Assembly (NCBI GenBank): GCA_938004865.1 | Contig: CALKVT010000188.1 | Location: 1-28,861, forward strand | Length of the DNA stretch: 28,861 bases | DNA from: an uncultured Myxococcales bacterium | GTDB taxonomy: Bacteria; Myxococcota_A; Polyangia; Haliangiales; Haliangiaceae | Reading direction: 5' to 3' | In this document: positions 16,401 to 26,036 of the stretch, piece by piece | Position numbering within the stretch: the first letter of the stretch is position 1 | Layout: each line of letters starts with the position of its first letter | Position numbers and translations under genes: made by a program | The notes under the pieces: model-generated | Seen by the model: the letters and a program-made list of their open reading frames with translations, nothing else | Told to the model about the DNA's origin: nothing | Databases searched by the model: none

Positions 16401-19400
16401 GACCTGCTCGTCGAGTCGGCGCGCCTGCCGTTCGACCCGGAGACGCGGCGCGATCTGCGCATGCGCGCCGCCGCGATGGCGTCGAGCGAGCTGCACGACA
16501 ACGCCGCCGCGATCGACATGTACCGCGGCGTGCTCGCCGACAGCCCCGGCGATCTCGACATCATCGCGCGCCTCGGCGCGCTGCTCGAGACCGAGAAGCG
16601 CTACGCCGAGCTCCTCGGCCTGCGCCACACCCAGCTCGGCCTCGAGTCCGACCCGGCGCGCCGGCTCGAGCTCCGCCTCGACATCGCCCGCCTGGTCGGG
16701 GTCGTCGAGGAGACCGGCGGCCGCTACGAGTCGCTGATCGCCAACCTCGCCGATCAGCCCGGCCACGACGCGTCGATCGACGCGGCCCACGCCTTCCTCG
16801 GCGGACGCGGTCAGCACAAGGCGCTCGCCGACCTGCTCGAGGAGCAGGCCGCCAAGGTCGAGGGCGCCGGCGAGGCCGCGCGCGCGGCCAAGCTGTGGGC
16901 GCGGTTCGCCGCGGTCACCGAGAAGGAAACGCGCGAGACCGATCGCGCGATCATGGGCCACAAGCGCGTGGTCAAGCTCGCGCCGACCCAGGACTCGCTG
17001 CGGGCGCTCGCGCGCCTCCAGCTCGAGCGCAAGCAGCCGGCGCAGGCGGTGCCCTGGTTCGAGAGCCTGCTCTCGACGGTGCAGGGCGCCGAGCGGCTGG
17101 CCGTGCTCGACCAGCTCGCGCGCGCGCACATCGCGGCCGAGCAGGAGGACCGCGCGATCGCGACGATCGAGGCCGCGCTCGACGACCGCGAGCCCGCGCT
17201 CGACCTGCGCCTCCTCCTCGCCGACCTCTACCGCAAGGGCGAGCAGTGGGAGCCGCTGGCGCGGCACCTGACGCGCTCGCTGGCGCTGTTCGGCGACGAG
17301 CGCGGGCGCGAGCTCGCGCGCGAGGCCGCGTCGATCTACACCGACAAGCTCGACGCCCCGGCCAAGGCCATCCCCGCGCTGGAGAAGGCGCTCGCGCTCG
17401 ATCCGACCGACAAGGAGATGCGCGCGAACCTGGCGATCGGCCTGCGCGTCGCCGGCCGCCTGTCCGAGGCGCGCGCCATCCTCACCGAGCTCATCGAGGC
17501 CTTCGGTCGTCGCCGCGCGCCCGAGCGCGCGCAGCTCCACGTCGAGCTGGCCAAGGTCGCCCACGCCGAGGGCAAGAACGACGAGGCGCTCTCCGAGATG
17601 GAGGCGGCGTCCAAGATGGACGTCCACAACACGCGCATCCAGCGCGAGCTCGCCGAGCTGTGCCGCGCCGCCGGTCAGGTCGACAAGGCGGAGCGCACGT
17701 ACCGCGCGCTGCTCCTCGTCGTGCGCCGGCAGCCGCCGGGTGATGACGAGACCGCGGTCGGCCAGAGCGAGGTGCTCTTCGAGCTCTCGCGCCTCGCCGC
17801 CGGTCACGGCGAGACCAGCCAGGCCAAGGAGCTCCTGGAGAGCGCGATCGACGCCGCGGTGCAATCCGACGGCGAGGTCCGCCGCCTGCGCCGCAGCCTG
17901 ATCGCACACGGCGAGCCGGAGACCTTGCTCCGCGTGCTCGAGCTGCGGCTCGGCGCGACCAGCGAGGCGGCGAGCCAGGCGCGGCTCTACGGCGACATGG
18001 CCGACGTGCTCGACGGCTCGCTCGGGCGAACGAGCGACGCGCTCGACGCCGCGATCAAGGCGTTCAACCTGGCGCCGTCGCGTCTGGACCTGCTCGAGAA
18101 GGCGCGGCAGCTCGCCCGGAAGTCGGGCGGCACCAAGAAGTTCGTCGAGGCGGTCGAGGCGGTCGTCGAGCGGCTGCGCCGCAAGGACGATCCGCCGCTG
18201 GTCGCGTCGGTCCTCCTCAAGGCCGGCGAGGCGCTCGAGAACGACGCCGACGATCTGGCCGGTGCGGCGGCGATGTACCGCCGCGTCGAGATGCTCGGCG
18301 AGCGGCTGGCCGAGGCGTACTACGCGCAGGCCCGCGTCGCGGGCGCGCTCGGCGATGACGAGCAGCAGGCGCGGGCGCTCGACAACATGCTCCAGCTCGC
18401 CGGCGGCGCCGATGGCGATGCCTCTCCGGCGCAGGTCGACGCGCTCTACCGTCTCTCCGAGATCTTCATCGCCAACCCGGCGCGCCGCGCGCAGGGCATC
18501 GAGCTGATCGAGCGCGCCTTCGCGGCCGAGCCGCGCTGGGCTCAGGCCGGACGCGTCCTCCGCGGCGCGTCGAGCGCCGATCCGGGCGATGCGCGGGTGA
18601 TGGCGCTCTACGAGCGCGTCGCGCGCAACGGCGGCGACAACGAGCTCCTGCTCGACTTCCTCGAGAAGCGGGCGCAGCAGCCGGGCGCGACGTCGGCGCA
18701 GGTCCGCGAGGCCGTCGACCTCGCGGTCGAGACCGGTCAGGAGCAGCGCGCCGAGAGCCTGCTCCAGCGCGCGGTGCAGGCCGCGCGCGACTCCGCCGAC
18801 GGCGTCGGCGGGGCGGTGTGGGCGGTCCTCTCGCTCACCGACCGCCGGGTCGCGGCGGGCGATCTCGCGTCGGCGCGCGAGCTGGTCTACGAGATCATCG
18901 GTGTCGCCGAGCCCGCGGACATGGATCCGCTGATCGGGCGCGTGGCCGCGCGCGCCGCGGCGGACAAGGCGACGCAGCCGCTCGCCGCCGAGATGTACGA
19001 GCTCCTGCGCGAGCGCGCGCCCTCGGAGCGGACGGTGTGGGAGCCGCTGGTCGCGCTCTACCGCGACATGGGCGACGGCGACCGGCTGGCGAGCGTCATC
19101 TCGTCGACGCTGCCGACCTTGACCGATCCGCAGGAGCGCAACTCGCTCCGTCGCGCCCACGCCACGTACCTCATCGAGACGCTCGACCGTCCGCACGACG
19201 CCGCCGACGTCCTGCGCGACGCGCTGCAGGACGACCCCGACGATCTCGCGGCCGCCGGCGCGCTCGAGCGGACGCTGCGCGCGCTCGGCGACGACGACGG
19301 GCTCGCCGAGTTCCTGTGGGCGCGCTTCGACGACGCCGTCCGCCGCGGCAACCGCGAGAGCACGCTCGACGTCGCCGCGCGCCTCGGTCCGCTGGTCGAG

Positions 19401-21200
19401 TCGACCGGTGGTAACGCGGCGCGGGTGTATCGGGCCGCGCTCGAGATCGCTCCCGACGACCGCGAGCTGCTGCGCCGTGTCGTCAGCGGGATCACGCCCG
19501 AGGACGATCCGCGCGAGTCGGCGGCGCTCATGGAGCGCCTGCTCGCCGTCGAGACGCCCGAGGCGGCGCCGGCCCTGTGCTGGAGCCTGGCGTCGGCGTA
19601 CGAGCAGGCGGAGGACTGGGCCGGCGTGCAGCGCACGCTCGCCGCCGCGCACAAGGCGGCGCCCGGGGACCAGGCGATCCACGACCGGCTCGAGCAGTTC
19701 TACCGCGACAGCCAGCAGTGGAAGGAGCTGGCCGAGCTCATGACCAGCGACGCGGAGCGCGCGACCGACGCCGCCGTCGCGGTCGACCGGCTGCGCGAGG
19801 CGTCGGCGGTCTACACCGGCTTCCTCGGGCAGCCGCTGCTCGCCGCCGAGGCCCTGCGCGCGGCGCGGGCGCGTCAGCCCGAAGCGCCGGCCCTGTCGGC
19901 GGAGCTGGCGGCGGCCCTGGCCGCGGCCGGCGATCACCGCGGCGCCGTGACGTCGCTCGGCGAGGCCCTCGATCCGTGGTCCGGCGACAACGGCGAGAGC
20001 CAGCCGGCGCCGGTGCAGGGCGCCGCGCGGGTCGATCTCCTGCTCCTGCGCGCGAGCCTGCGCCAGCAGCTCGGCGAGGAGGACACGGCGGTCATCGATC
20101 TCGACGACGCGTACAAGCTCGACGGGCCGCGCGCGGCGGCCGCCCTCTCCGAGGGGCTCGAGCGCATGCGCGCGCGGGCCGAGGCCGCAGGGGACATGGC
20201 GAGCGAGCGCACCGCGACCTTGCGGCTCGCCCAGCTCCTCGGCGAGCACGGCGACCTCGAGCGGGCGCGCGATCTGCTCGTCATGTGGATCGAGCGGATG
20301 CCGAGCGATCCCGACCCGCTCTACATCCTGCGCGACATGGACGCCGGCATCGAGCACTGGGACGGCGTGATCGCGGCGTGCACGCGGCTCGCGTACATCG
20401 TCGAGGGCGAGGCGCAGGTGCAGGCGGCGCTCGACGTCGCCGACGCGTCGGCGCGCGCCGGCAAGCCCGGCGACGCGATCGGCGTGCTCGAGATGGTGCA
20501 CCAGGTGCAGCCGGGCGCGGAGACGATCCGCGTCAAGCTGCGCGAGCAATACGAGGCCGCGGGGGCGCACGGTCAGCTCGCCGCGATCCTCATGACCGAC
20601 GCCGAGCACGCGGCCGACGCCGACGCCAAGTTCGCCGCGTACAAGCGCGCCGCCGAGCTGTACCTGGCGGCGGGCGACGCGGCGGCGGCGTCGGTGCCGG
20701 CGGGCAAGGCGGCGGAGCTCGCGCCCGACGATCACCAGACCGCGATGCTGCACGTCGACATCCTCATCGGCTCCGGCCGCACGGAGGAGGCGGCCAGTGC
20801 GCTCGAGACGGCGATCGCGGCGCAGAAGAAGCGCACGCCCGAGCTCGCGACCATGCAGCAGCGCATGGGCCGGGTCGCCGGCATGCTCGGGGATCGCGAC
20901 GGTCAGCTCGGATGGCTGAAGAAGGCGTTCGACGTCGATCGCAAGAACGGCGAGATCGCCGCCGAGCTGGCGCAGCTCGCGACCGAGACCGGCGACTACG
21001 AGCTCGCGCTCAAGCCGCTGCGCGCGATCACGCTGATGGACAACCCGCTGCCGATCACGCGGCCGATGGCGCTCCTCTGGGAGGCCAAGATCGAGCACGC
21101 GCGCGGCAACCGCGCCAAGGCGGAGCTCTGGGCCAAGAAGGCGCTGCGCGAGGACCCTCAGTTCCACGAGGCGCAGCAGTTCCTGGACGAGCTGGCCTGA
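13416..21200 (+). CDS. Giant (2594 aa) all-alpha TPR-repeat protein with no signal peptide; probable cytoplasmic scaffold
   Basis: It is a single uninterrupted 7.8 kb ORF with strong GC3 bias and an SD (gaggga) 5 nt upstream of the ATG. TPR signature positions W4-L7-G8-Y11 recur throughout ([90 protein letters not shown]). Many A-x-x-Y/AL-x-L-D-P motifs are present. I see no catalytic motif. Confidence 0.85.
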   Translation: MAKKNAKSAKSDFETAAANITSAPHSTAAWDEIEELAREHDKPDEVITLYNEILKKGLDPQVVEMIGDRAGAFCDEWFGDEPKVAEGILGKVLELAPQSESALGRLSVLYTQNERWADLLRLYDRALTAVKDQGRRIKLLREAAQIAKDVANQPEKAIGYLQRLLPLTADDVQLGQSLERLLERYERWADLIELWEGRLDRQSKLEREKSRARISACYLDNLQDSAKALAAVRPLLAVADDDREATALLERIIEAQHTQEKDREAALDVLRAHYDATSRPREVIRVLERVIELFPDSRKALREEAGARLAELDDDRAAMDHYAELLALSPESSVTQEKLRQLAQRSNNFARYAQGVAAAAEHAIMPGRKVELLSEAARTKLDLLDDANGAIELYQRALELPGAGAKEQLPVCRRLSELYLRVDRPRERFAILERLAGLEPADATRRAVIGEAARLAETLGETDKALSLWRQRIERDPDDLAAIDSSILLLETSQRWPELVAALDMRSQKNVSTAQRRTDLTRIAVVYRDHIKDAEKAIAAWQRVQQAFGDDAETVGALTELLSEVSRWSELAELLERASGKDVARTTRRLNKLGEALGTHLGEPGRALTAYRAALAIDPVNDEARAGLLTLLDSPAHRRAAADALAVSYRENQDWAGFLKLLPSRLADAPDDRTRLALLREAAYIQLNNTGDPAGALDSLARAFPLAPRDGVMEGQILDLAQQTGKLPVADQALAAAIDALAEDPAEQSRLRLVRAELLEKKIGDEAGALAEYLIVFRRDHANTTAATGVVWLAPRKGQWADAAQAVLGFAAAKERLDDGLFGHYAKAGEEALEAAVTALEEAAPKAGLPPAVAAQVWSLIGVWQRDRRGDKAAAVTAFNKSLTAGGDRADTLRAVAELLRPGGPSASLLDVLRRLSDADPRDLDVLVEAADTASRQGDRDASVTILGQVLGRATGAWRGSSSVQSSRPPEAVVRWAIDGLVDLHRSAGRPRVAVDLLVESARLPFDPETRRDLRMRAAAMASSELHDNAAAIDMYRGVLADSPGDLDIIARLGALLETEKRYAELLGLRHTQLGLESDPARRLELRLDIARLVGVVEETGGRYESLIANLADQPGHDASIDAAHAFLGGRGQHKALADLLEEQAAKVEGAGEAARAAKLWARFAAVTEKETRETDRAIMGHKRVVKLAPTQDSLRALARLQLERKQPAQAVPWFESLLSTVQGAERLAVLDQLARAHIAAEQEDRAIATIEAALDDREPALDLRLLLADLYRKGEQWEPLARHLTRSLALFGDERGRELAREAASIYTDKLDAPAKAIPALEKALALDPTDKEMRANLAIGLRVAGRLSEARAILTELIEAFGRRRAPERAQLHVELAKVAHAEGKNDEALSEMEAASKMDVHNTRIQRELAELCRAAGQVDKAERTYRALLLVVRRQPPGDDETAVGQSEVLFELSRLAAGHGETSQAKELLESAIDAAVQSDGEVRRLRRSLIAHGEPETLLRVLELRLGATSEAASQARLYGDMADVLDGSLGRTSDALDAAIKAFNLAPSRLDLLEKARQLARKSGGTKKFVEAVEAVVERLRRKDDPPLVASVLLKAGEALENDADDLAGAAAMYRRVEMLGERLAEAYYAQARVAGALGDDEQQARALDNMLQLAGGADGDASPAQVDALYRLSEIFIANPARRAQGIELIERAFAAEPRWAQAGRVLRGASSADPGDARVMALYERVARNGGDNELLLDFLEKRAQQPGATSAQVREAVDLAVETGQEQRAESLLQRAVQAARDSADGVGGAVWAVLSLTDRRVAAGDLASARELVYEIIGVAEPADMDPLIGRVAARAAADKATQPLAAEMYELLRERAPSERTVWEPLVALYRDMGDGDRLASVISSTLPTLTDPQERNSLRRAHATYLIETLDRPHDAADVLRDALQDDPDDLAAAGALERTLRALGDDDGLAEFLWARFDDAVRRGNRESTLDVAARLGPLVESTGGNAARVYRAALEIAPDDRELLRRVVSGITPEDDPRESAALMERLLAVETPEAAPALCWSLASAYEQAEDWAGVQRTLAAAHKAAPGDQAIHDRLEQFYRDSQQWKELAELMTSDAERATDAAVAVDRLREASAVYTGFLGQPLLAAEALRAARARQPEAPALSAELAAALAAAGDHRGAVTSLGEALDPWSGDNGESQPAPVQGAARVDLLLLRASLRQQLGEEDTAVIDLDDAYKLDGPRAAAALSEGLERMRARAEAAGDMASERTATLRLAQLLGEHGDLERARDLLVMWIERMPSDPDPLYILRDMDAGIEHWDGVIAACTRLAYIVEGEAQVQAALDVADASARAGKPGDAIGVLEMVHQVQPGAETIRVKLREQYEAAGAHGQLAAILMTDAEHAADADAKFAAYKRAAELYLAAGDAAAASVPAGKAAELAPDDHQTAMLHVDILIGSGRTEEAASALETAIAAQKKRTPELATMQQRMGRVAGMLGDRDGQLGWLKKAFDVDRKNGEIAAELAQLATETGDYELALKPLRAITLMDNPLPITRPMALLWEAKIEHARGNRAKAELWAKKALREDPQFHEAQQFLDELA

Positions 21201-21246
21201 GCGAGGCCTCCCCTACGGGAGGCCGAGTCGAAGGGCCAGCTCGTCC

Positions 21247-21282
21247 CCCGTGCCCGTGCCCGTGCCCGTGCCCGTGCCCGTG
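21247..21282. repeat. Hexanucleotide microsatellite (CCCGTG)6, intergenic
   Basis: Six perfect tandem CCCGTG copies are followed by gatct-gatct-gttct-gttcc short direct repeats. It lies 47 nt after the giant TPR gene stop and upstream of the PA14/P-domain lipoprotein gene. Confidence 0.9.
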
Positions 21283-21357
21283 CCCGATCTGATCTGTTCT
21301 GTTCCGGTCGTGAGCGGGCACACGCTCGCGAAACCCATCGTCCCGTGACGTCGGTTC

Positions 21358-21392
21358 GATCATTGTCATCCCGCCCCGCTGCGACAATCATC
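21358..21392. promoter_or_regulatory. Imperfect inverted repeat GATCATTGTC-N15-GACAATCATC ending 5 nt before the ATG of the PA14/P-domain lipoprotein gene
   Basis: Nine of ten positions are complementary. The 3' arm overlaps the expected RBS region, so it could be an operator or a hairpin that occludes the RBS. Confidence 0.25.
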
Positions 21393-21397
21393 GCAGG

Positions 21398-23206
21398 ATG
21401 CAGCGTCGCAGCGTGCTCTCCCTCGCGCTCGTCGCCGGTTGCTCGTTCACGCCGTCCGGATCCACCGGCGACGACGACGGCGACGGCGGCACCGACGACG
21501 CCGGCAACCGGACCGTGCTCCTGCGCGACGACTCCGCCGACGACTTCGCCGTCGTCGGCGCGGTGACCGACAACGCCGTGATCGAGCCGTGGGGCGCGGT
21601 CGCGCCGGCCGCCTTTCACGCCGGCGGGCTGCGCGCGCACGCCGCCAACACGCAGCGCTTCACCGAGCCCGACCTCGCGACGTGGACGATCGTCACCGGC
21701 GGGGGCGCCAACGGCACGGGGCTCTGGACCCGCCCGCTCGTCGGCGATCCGGTCGGCGTCGGGCTCGACTCGGGCGACACGTGGACCTACTGGGCCGAGG
21801 GCGAGGTCTGGCTCGACGCGGGGACGACGACCTTCCTCGTCGACGCCGACGACGCCGGCTTCCTCGAGATCGCCGCGCCGGGCGGCGAGTTCACCCGCGT
21901 CGTCAACGCGCGCTACGGCATCGCGTCGGGGATGTACACCGCGGCGACCGCCGGCTGGCACGCGATCCGCCTCGCCGTCGTCGAAGGGATCGGCGCATCG
22001 CGCTTCGACGTGCAGCTCTACGTCGGCGCCAGCGCGACGCCGGAGCCGCTCGCCGGGCCGCGGCTGCGCACGCGCGTCGACGCGCTGCGCGGCATGCTGC
22101 TCGCCGGCTGGGACAACTCGCTCTTCCAGGGCACGCCCGAGCACACGGTGTCCGACGCCGCGCTCGTCGACGCCCGCTTCCAGAACGGCGCGCCCGTCGG
22201 GGTCGGCATCGGCTCCTCCGATTTCTGGTCGCTCCGCTGGAGCGGCCAGTTCTACGTCACCACGCCCGGCACGTACTCGCTGCGCGTCGAGTCGGACGAC
22301 GGGCACCGCCTGTACGTCGGCGGCCAGCTCGTCACCGACGCGCTCTTCGGCGGTCCCGTCGATCGCACGGTCTCGGTCGCGCTCGTCGCGGGCTGGAACG
22401 ACCTCGTCCTCGACCTGAACGAGAACACCGGCGACGCCAGCGCGCGCCTGCGCGTGGTCGGCGGACCCGAGCCCGGCCTCGAGGCCGAGCTGCCGCTCGC
22501 GCGCCTGCGCCCGCTCGCGCCCCGCGACGAGCGCCTCGAGACCGTCGGCGACGGCAACGATCTCGGCATCCCCGACAACGACCCGAACGGCGTCACCCGC
22601 GCGGTACGCATCGCGGGGCTGCCGGGCGCCACCGTGGGGTCGGTCGACGTGATCATCGGCCTCAACCACCCGCGCATCGCCGATCTGCAGGTACGCCTCG
22701 TCCACCCCGGTGGCAACGAGGTGCTCCTGCGCAACAACTCGTCCGAGGGCGGCAGCGGCCCGCGCACGCTGCGCTTCACCACCGAGATGTTCGACGACAC
22801 GCCCGCCGCTGGCGAGTGGCGCGTGCGCGTGACCGACACCCAGAACGCGCAATCGGGGTCACTCACCGACGTGCAGCTCGCCGTGCACATGGCCAACGGC
22901 CCCGAGCAGGTCGCGACCACCGCGAGCTACACCTCCGACGTTCGCGACCTCGGCGAGGGCGTGGTCGCGCTCGACACGATCCGTCTCGGCGCGCGCGTGC
23001 CGGCGGGCGCCGCTGTCGCCGTGCGTCTCCGCGGCTGCGACGCACCGGAGGCTTGCGCCGGCGAGCCGTGGTCGGCGCCGCTCGCCGACGGCGACGCGCC
23101 CGGCCTGCCGCCGCGTCGCTACCTCCAGTACCGGCTCGAGCTCACCAGCGACGGCGCACGCGAGCCCGAGGTCGACTCCGTCGAGCTCGCGTATCGGCTG
23201 CCCTGA
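21398..23206 (+). CDS. Lipoprotein with PA14-like domains and a proprotein-convertase P-domain (no catalytic domain)
   Basis: The lipoprotein signal is MQRRSVLSLALVAGCS. One PA14-like segment is FWSLRWSGQFYVTTPGTYSLRVESDDGHRLYVGGQLVTD. A second is WTYWAEGEVWLDAGTTTFLVDADDAGFLEI. The P-domain-like region is VDVIIGLNHPRIADLQVRLVHPGGNEVLLRNNSSEGG...FDDTPAAGEWRVRVTDTQNAQSGSLTDVQLAV. Confidence 0.75.
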   Translation: MQRRSVLSLALVAGCSFTPSGSTGDDDGDGGTDDAGNRTVLLRDDSADDFAVVGAVTDNAVIEPWGAVAPAAFHAGGLRAHAANTQRFTEPDLATWTIVTGGGANGTGLWTRPLVGDPVGVGLDSGDTWTYWAEGEVWLDAGTTTFLVDADDAGFLEIAAPGGEFTRVVNARYGIASGMYTAATAGWHAIRLAVVEGIGASRFDVQLYVGASATPEPLAGPRLRTRVDALRGMLLAGWDNSLFQGTPEHTVSDAALVDARFQNGAPVGVGIGSSDFWSLRWSGQFYVTTPGTYSLRVESDDGHRLYVGGQLVTDALFGGPVDRTVSVALVAGWNDLVLDLNENTGDASARLRVVGGPEPGLEAELPLARLRPLAPRDERLETVGDGNDLGIPDNDPNGVTRAVRIAGLPGATVGSVDVIIGLNHPRIADLQVRLVHPGGNEVLLRNNSSEGGSGPRTLRFTTEMFDDTPAAGEWRVRVTDTQNAQSGSLTDVQLAVHMANGPEQVATTASYTSDVRDLGEGVVALDTIRLGARVPAGAAVAVRLRGCDAPEACAGEPWSAPLADGDAPGLPPRRYLQYRLELTSDGAREPEVDSVELAYRLP

Positions 23207-23208
23207 CG

Positions 23209-23238
23209 CAAGTCCTGAACAAATCCGTACAAGTCCTG
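23209..23238. promoter_or_regulatory. Two copies of CAAGTCCTG in direct orientation, with starts 21 bp apart, in the 195-bp intergenic region
   Basis: Copies lie at 23209-23217 and 23230-23238. An 8-bp inverted repeat GAGGTGAA-N21-TTCACCTC (23292-23328) lies downstream of them. Both precede the strong SD GGAGGAG of the gene starting at 23401. Confidence 0.2.
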
Positions 23239-23400
23239 TTCGCTGTCGACCAGGAGTTGTGCCGGGAGTATCCGGATTTCGTGGTCGTAGGGAGGTGAAA
23301 CTACCGGAATCGCACGAAGGTTCACCTCGGCACGATCGCTGCAAAAGACGTGGTGGAGATCACCAACTTTGCAGCGCGTCAAACGCGCGGAGGAGAGCCC

Positions 23401-24171
23401 ATGTCGTTCCTGCGCTCCGGCCTGTGTCTCGGATTCCTGCTGACGGCGTGTGCGGCGGAGGACGAGAGGGCAGGAGATGGGCCGCTGCGGATCACCGAGC
23501 TCGACGAGCGGACGATCGCGGGCTCGTTCGAGCACGGGACCTCCGTGGTGTCGTTCGAGAGCTGGTCGACCGATCAGCGGATCGCGCACCTCCGCATCGA
23601 CGTCGACGGGGCGACGATCGAGGCGACGTTCGACAGCGCCGGCGTCCTGACCGAGGACGGCAAGCTGAACGCCGTGTACGCCGAGGACAAGGCCGCGCTC
23701 GTCGCGCTCCGCGACGCCGTGCAGACGGAGCACCCCGAGGTCGTCGGTTCGCTCCAGGGCATGTTCCTCACCCGGCACGCCGAGTGGATCGCCGAGGCGC
23801 CCGAGGGCTACACGTTCGGCCTGCGCATGGTCGACGTGCGCGACCGGGTCGAGGACCGCACGACCTGGGACGATGACAAGGACACGACGTGCCTGTGGCC
23901 CGGCCGCTGGTACCGCGCGTACTACGACTACGGCAACAACGGCCAGCAGTGGTACTGGGATCGCCAGGCGAACTCGGGGAGCTGCCTCGGTCGCTGCGGC
24001 GCCGGCTGCAACTGGTTCGACGACGACATCATGCTCGACTGCTTCGAGCACGACACCTGCCTCGATCACTTCGGTGGCAGCTCGCTCGGCGGGAACCCGA
24101 ACTGCGGCGACGAGTACGACCACGCGGTGGCCGAGTACATCGTGACCTACGCCGCGTGGTGTCCGTACTGA
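23401..24171 (+). CDS. Lipoprotein with a Cys-rich C-terminal domain (unknown function)
   Basis: ATG start with the strong SD ggaggag. The signal/lipobox is MSFLRSGLCLGFLLTAC. The C-terminal third has about 10 Cys (CLWPGRWY...SGSCLGRCGAGCNWFDDDIMLDCFEHDTCLDHF...NPNCGDEY...AAWCPY). Confidence 0.6.
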   Translation: MSFLRSGLCLGFLLTACAAEDERAGDGPLRITELDERTIAGSFEHGTSVVSFESWSTDQRIAHLRIDVDGATIEATFDSAGVLTEDGKLNAVYAEDKAALVALRDAVQTEHPEVVGSLQGMFLTRHAEWIAEAPEGYTFGLRMVDVRDRVEDRTTWDDDKDTTCLWPGRWYRAYYDYGNNGQQWYWDRQANSGSCLGRCGAGCNWFDDDIMLDCFEHDTCLDHFGGSSLGGNPNCGDEYDHAVAEYIVTYAAWCPY

Positions 24172-24178
24172 TCGCGCG

Positions 24179-25213
24179 GTGAGCCGCTCGCGGCCGATCA
24201 TCGGTGGTGTGCCGGCGCCGGAGGACGATGCCGTCGTCGCGGTCCTGGCGCGCCGCACCCTCTGCGACGGGCCCGAGCAGGTGATCTGCTCGGGCACGCT
24301 CGTCGGTCCGCGCGCCGTGCTCACCGCCGCGCACTGCCTCGGCGGGCGCGAGCCGGACGAGCTCGAGGTGCTGATCGGCGACACGGCGAGCGCGCCGGCC
24401 ACCGTGCTCGCCGTCTGGGGCGCCGCCGTCCACCCCGGCTACGACGCAGGCGCTCCGGCCGAGACCTCGCCCGATCTGATGGTGCTCTTCCTCGAGGGCG
24501 ACGCTGGCGTGACGCCCGCCGTGCCGGCCGACGTCGCGGCCGCCGAGCTCGTCACCGGCGCGCAGGTGCAGCTCGTCGGGTTCGGCGCGACGACGATCGG
24601 CGGTGACCTCGGCGTCCGCGTCTCCGGGCGCGCGACCGTCGACGTCGTCGGCGGGGTCTCGTTCTCGACCGGCGCGAGCGCGGTGCCGTGCGGCGGCGAC
24701 TCGGGTGGCGCGGCGCTGCTCGAGACCGCGGCCGGGCCACGCCTGATCGGCGTGATCAAGGGCAGCGGCGCGGGCTGCGCGGACCAGGGGCTCGTGGTTC
24801 GCGTCGACGCGGCGTACGACACGTTCCTGGCGCCGGCGCTGGCGGCGGCGCCTCCACCGCCGGAGCGACCGCCGTTCGATCCGTCCGTCGCGTACTGCGC
24901 GGAGCCGTGCGGCGAGCACGCCGACTGTCCGCTCGGCATGCTCTGCCTGCCGGGTGCGGACGGCGCGCACTGCGGCTACCGCGAGGCTCGCACCGTCGCG
25001 GTCGGCGCCACGTGCGATGGCGCGAGCACGTCCTGCGTCCCCGTCGGTCAGGGGCTCGCGCGCGAATGCCGCGAGCTGCTCGCGTCGTGCCCCGCGCCGC
25101 CCGCGACCGGTGGCTGTGGTGCGGCGCCCGGCGGTGAAGCCGGTTTGGCGGCGCTGATCGCGGTCGCGCTGATGCGCCGCGCGCGGCGGCCTGCTGCTAC
25201 CTTCGCGCGATGA
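24179..25213 (+). CDS. Trypsin-like (S1 family) serine protease with a Cys-rich linker and a MYXO-CTERM-like C-terminal sorting signal; N-terminus anomalous (no signal peptide)
   Basis: IIGG lies near the N-terminus. The catalytic triad motifs are TAAHC (His), DLMVLFL (Asp) and GDSGG (Ser). The C-terminus GGCGAAPGGEAGLAALIAVALMRRARRP matches the MYXO-CTERM pattern of a Cys, a hydrophobic helix and an Arg cluster. The GTG start has no SD and sits only 7 nt after the upstream stop. Confidence 0.8.
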   Translation: MSRSRPIIGGVPAPEDDAVVAVLARRTLCDGPEQVICSGTLVGPRAVLTAAHCLGGREPDELEVLIGDTASAPATVLAVWGAAVHPGYDAGAPAETSPDLMVLFLEGDAGVTPAVPADVAAAELVTGAQVQLVGFGATTIGGDLGVRVSGRATVDVVGGVSFSTGASAVPCGGDSGGAALLETAAGPRLIGVIKGSGAGCADQGLVVRVDAAYDTFLAPALAAAPPPPERPPFDPSVAYCAEPCGEHADCPLGMLCLPGADGAHCGYREARTVAVGATCDGASTSCVPVGQGLARECRELLASCPAPPATGGCGAAPGGEAGLAALIAVALMRRARRPAATFAR

Positions 25214-25995
25214 GCGCAGCCGTACGCTTCGAGGTCGAGGACACGATCGGCGTCATCACGCTGGACCGCCCCGACAACCGCAACAGCATGACGCCCGAGC
25301 TGCTCGACGCCTTCGCGTCGGCGGTGGCCGCGGCGCGCGTCGCCGCGGATCTGCGCTGCGTCGTCATCACCGGCACCGGCGCCTGCTTCTCGGCGGGCGC
25401 CGACTTCAAGTCGGTGCTCCAGCGCGACGATGGCGGCGCGTGGCGCGCGCCGCACGAGAAGAGCTTCGCGATGTACCAGCCGTTCCTCGGCGTCCTCGAC
25501 CTCACCGTCCCGGTGGTGGCGGCGCTCAACGGCCACACCGTCGGCGGCGGCTTCGGGCTCGCCATGTGTTGCGACATCCGCATCGGCGCGCGCACCGCGA
25601 AGTACGGCGCCAACTTCACCCGCCTCGGGCTCGCGCCGGGCATGGCCATCAGCTACATCCTGCCGCGCCTCGTCGGCGTCTCCCGCGCCGCCGAGATGCT
25701 GTTCACCGGCCGCCTCGTCGACGGCGACGAGGCCGAGCGCATCGGCCTCCTCACCGCCGTCGACACCGCCGACGTCCTGCCGCGCGCGATGGACCTCGCC
25801 CGCGCCATCGCCGCCAGCGCCCCCGTCGCCGTGCGCGAGACCAAGCGCGCCCTCTACCGCGGCCTCGGCTGGGACCCGCGCGGCGCCGCCTACCTCGAGT
25901 CCTTCGCCCAGGCCGAGTCGGTCGTCACCGCCGACGCCGCCGAGGGCATCGCCGCGCTCCTCGAGAAGCGCGAGCCCCGCTTCACCGGCCGCTGA
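25210..25995 (+). CDS. Enoyl-CoA hydratase/isomerase (crotonase) family protein
   Basis: The crotonase fold motifs are ITLDRPDNRNSM, the oxyanion-hole region CFSAGADF and NGHTVGGGFGLAMCCDIRI. The ATG overlaps the protease stop (ATGA). Confidence 0.9.
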   Translation: MSAAVRFEVEDTIGVITLDRPDNRNSMTPELLDAFASAVAAARVAADLRCVVITGTGACFSAGADFKSVLQRDDGGAWRAPHEKSFAMYQPFLGVLDLTVPVVAALNGHTVGGGFGLAMCCDIRIGARTAKYGANFTRLGLAPGMAISYILPRLVGVSRAAEMLFTGRLVDGDEAERIGLLTAVDTADVLPRAMDLARAIAASAPVAVRETKRALYRGLGWDPRGAAYLESFAQAESVVTADAAEGIAALLEKREPRFTGR

Positions 25996-26036
25996 CCGCG
26001 CGGCGCGCGGCGCCGAGGCCGGCTGGATGTAGCGCC

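Noticed and set aside
16161-21167. 1668-aa minus-strand ORF antisense to the giant TPR gene
   Set aside because: Same reasoning as for the 827-aa antisense ORF. There are no recognisable motifs and the composition is extremely Arg/Leu/Gly-rich, so it is an antisense artifact of GC3-rich coding DNA.
21055-21387. 110-aa minus ORF encoding a (GH)n stretch across the microsatellite
   Set aside because: The His-Gly run is only the reverse-complement reading of the (CCCGTG)n repeat. The ORF overlaps the 3' end of the TPR gene and has no other coding signal.
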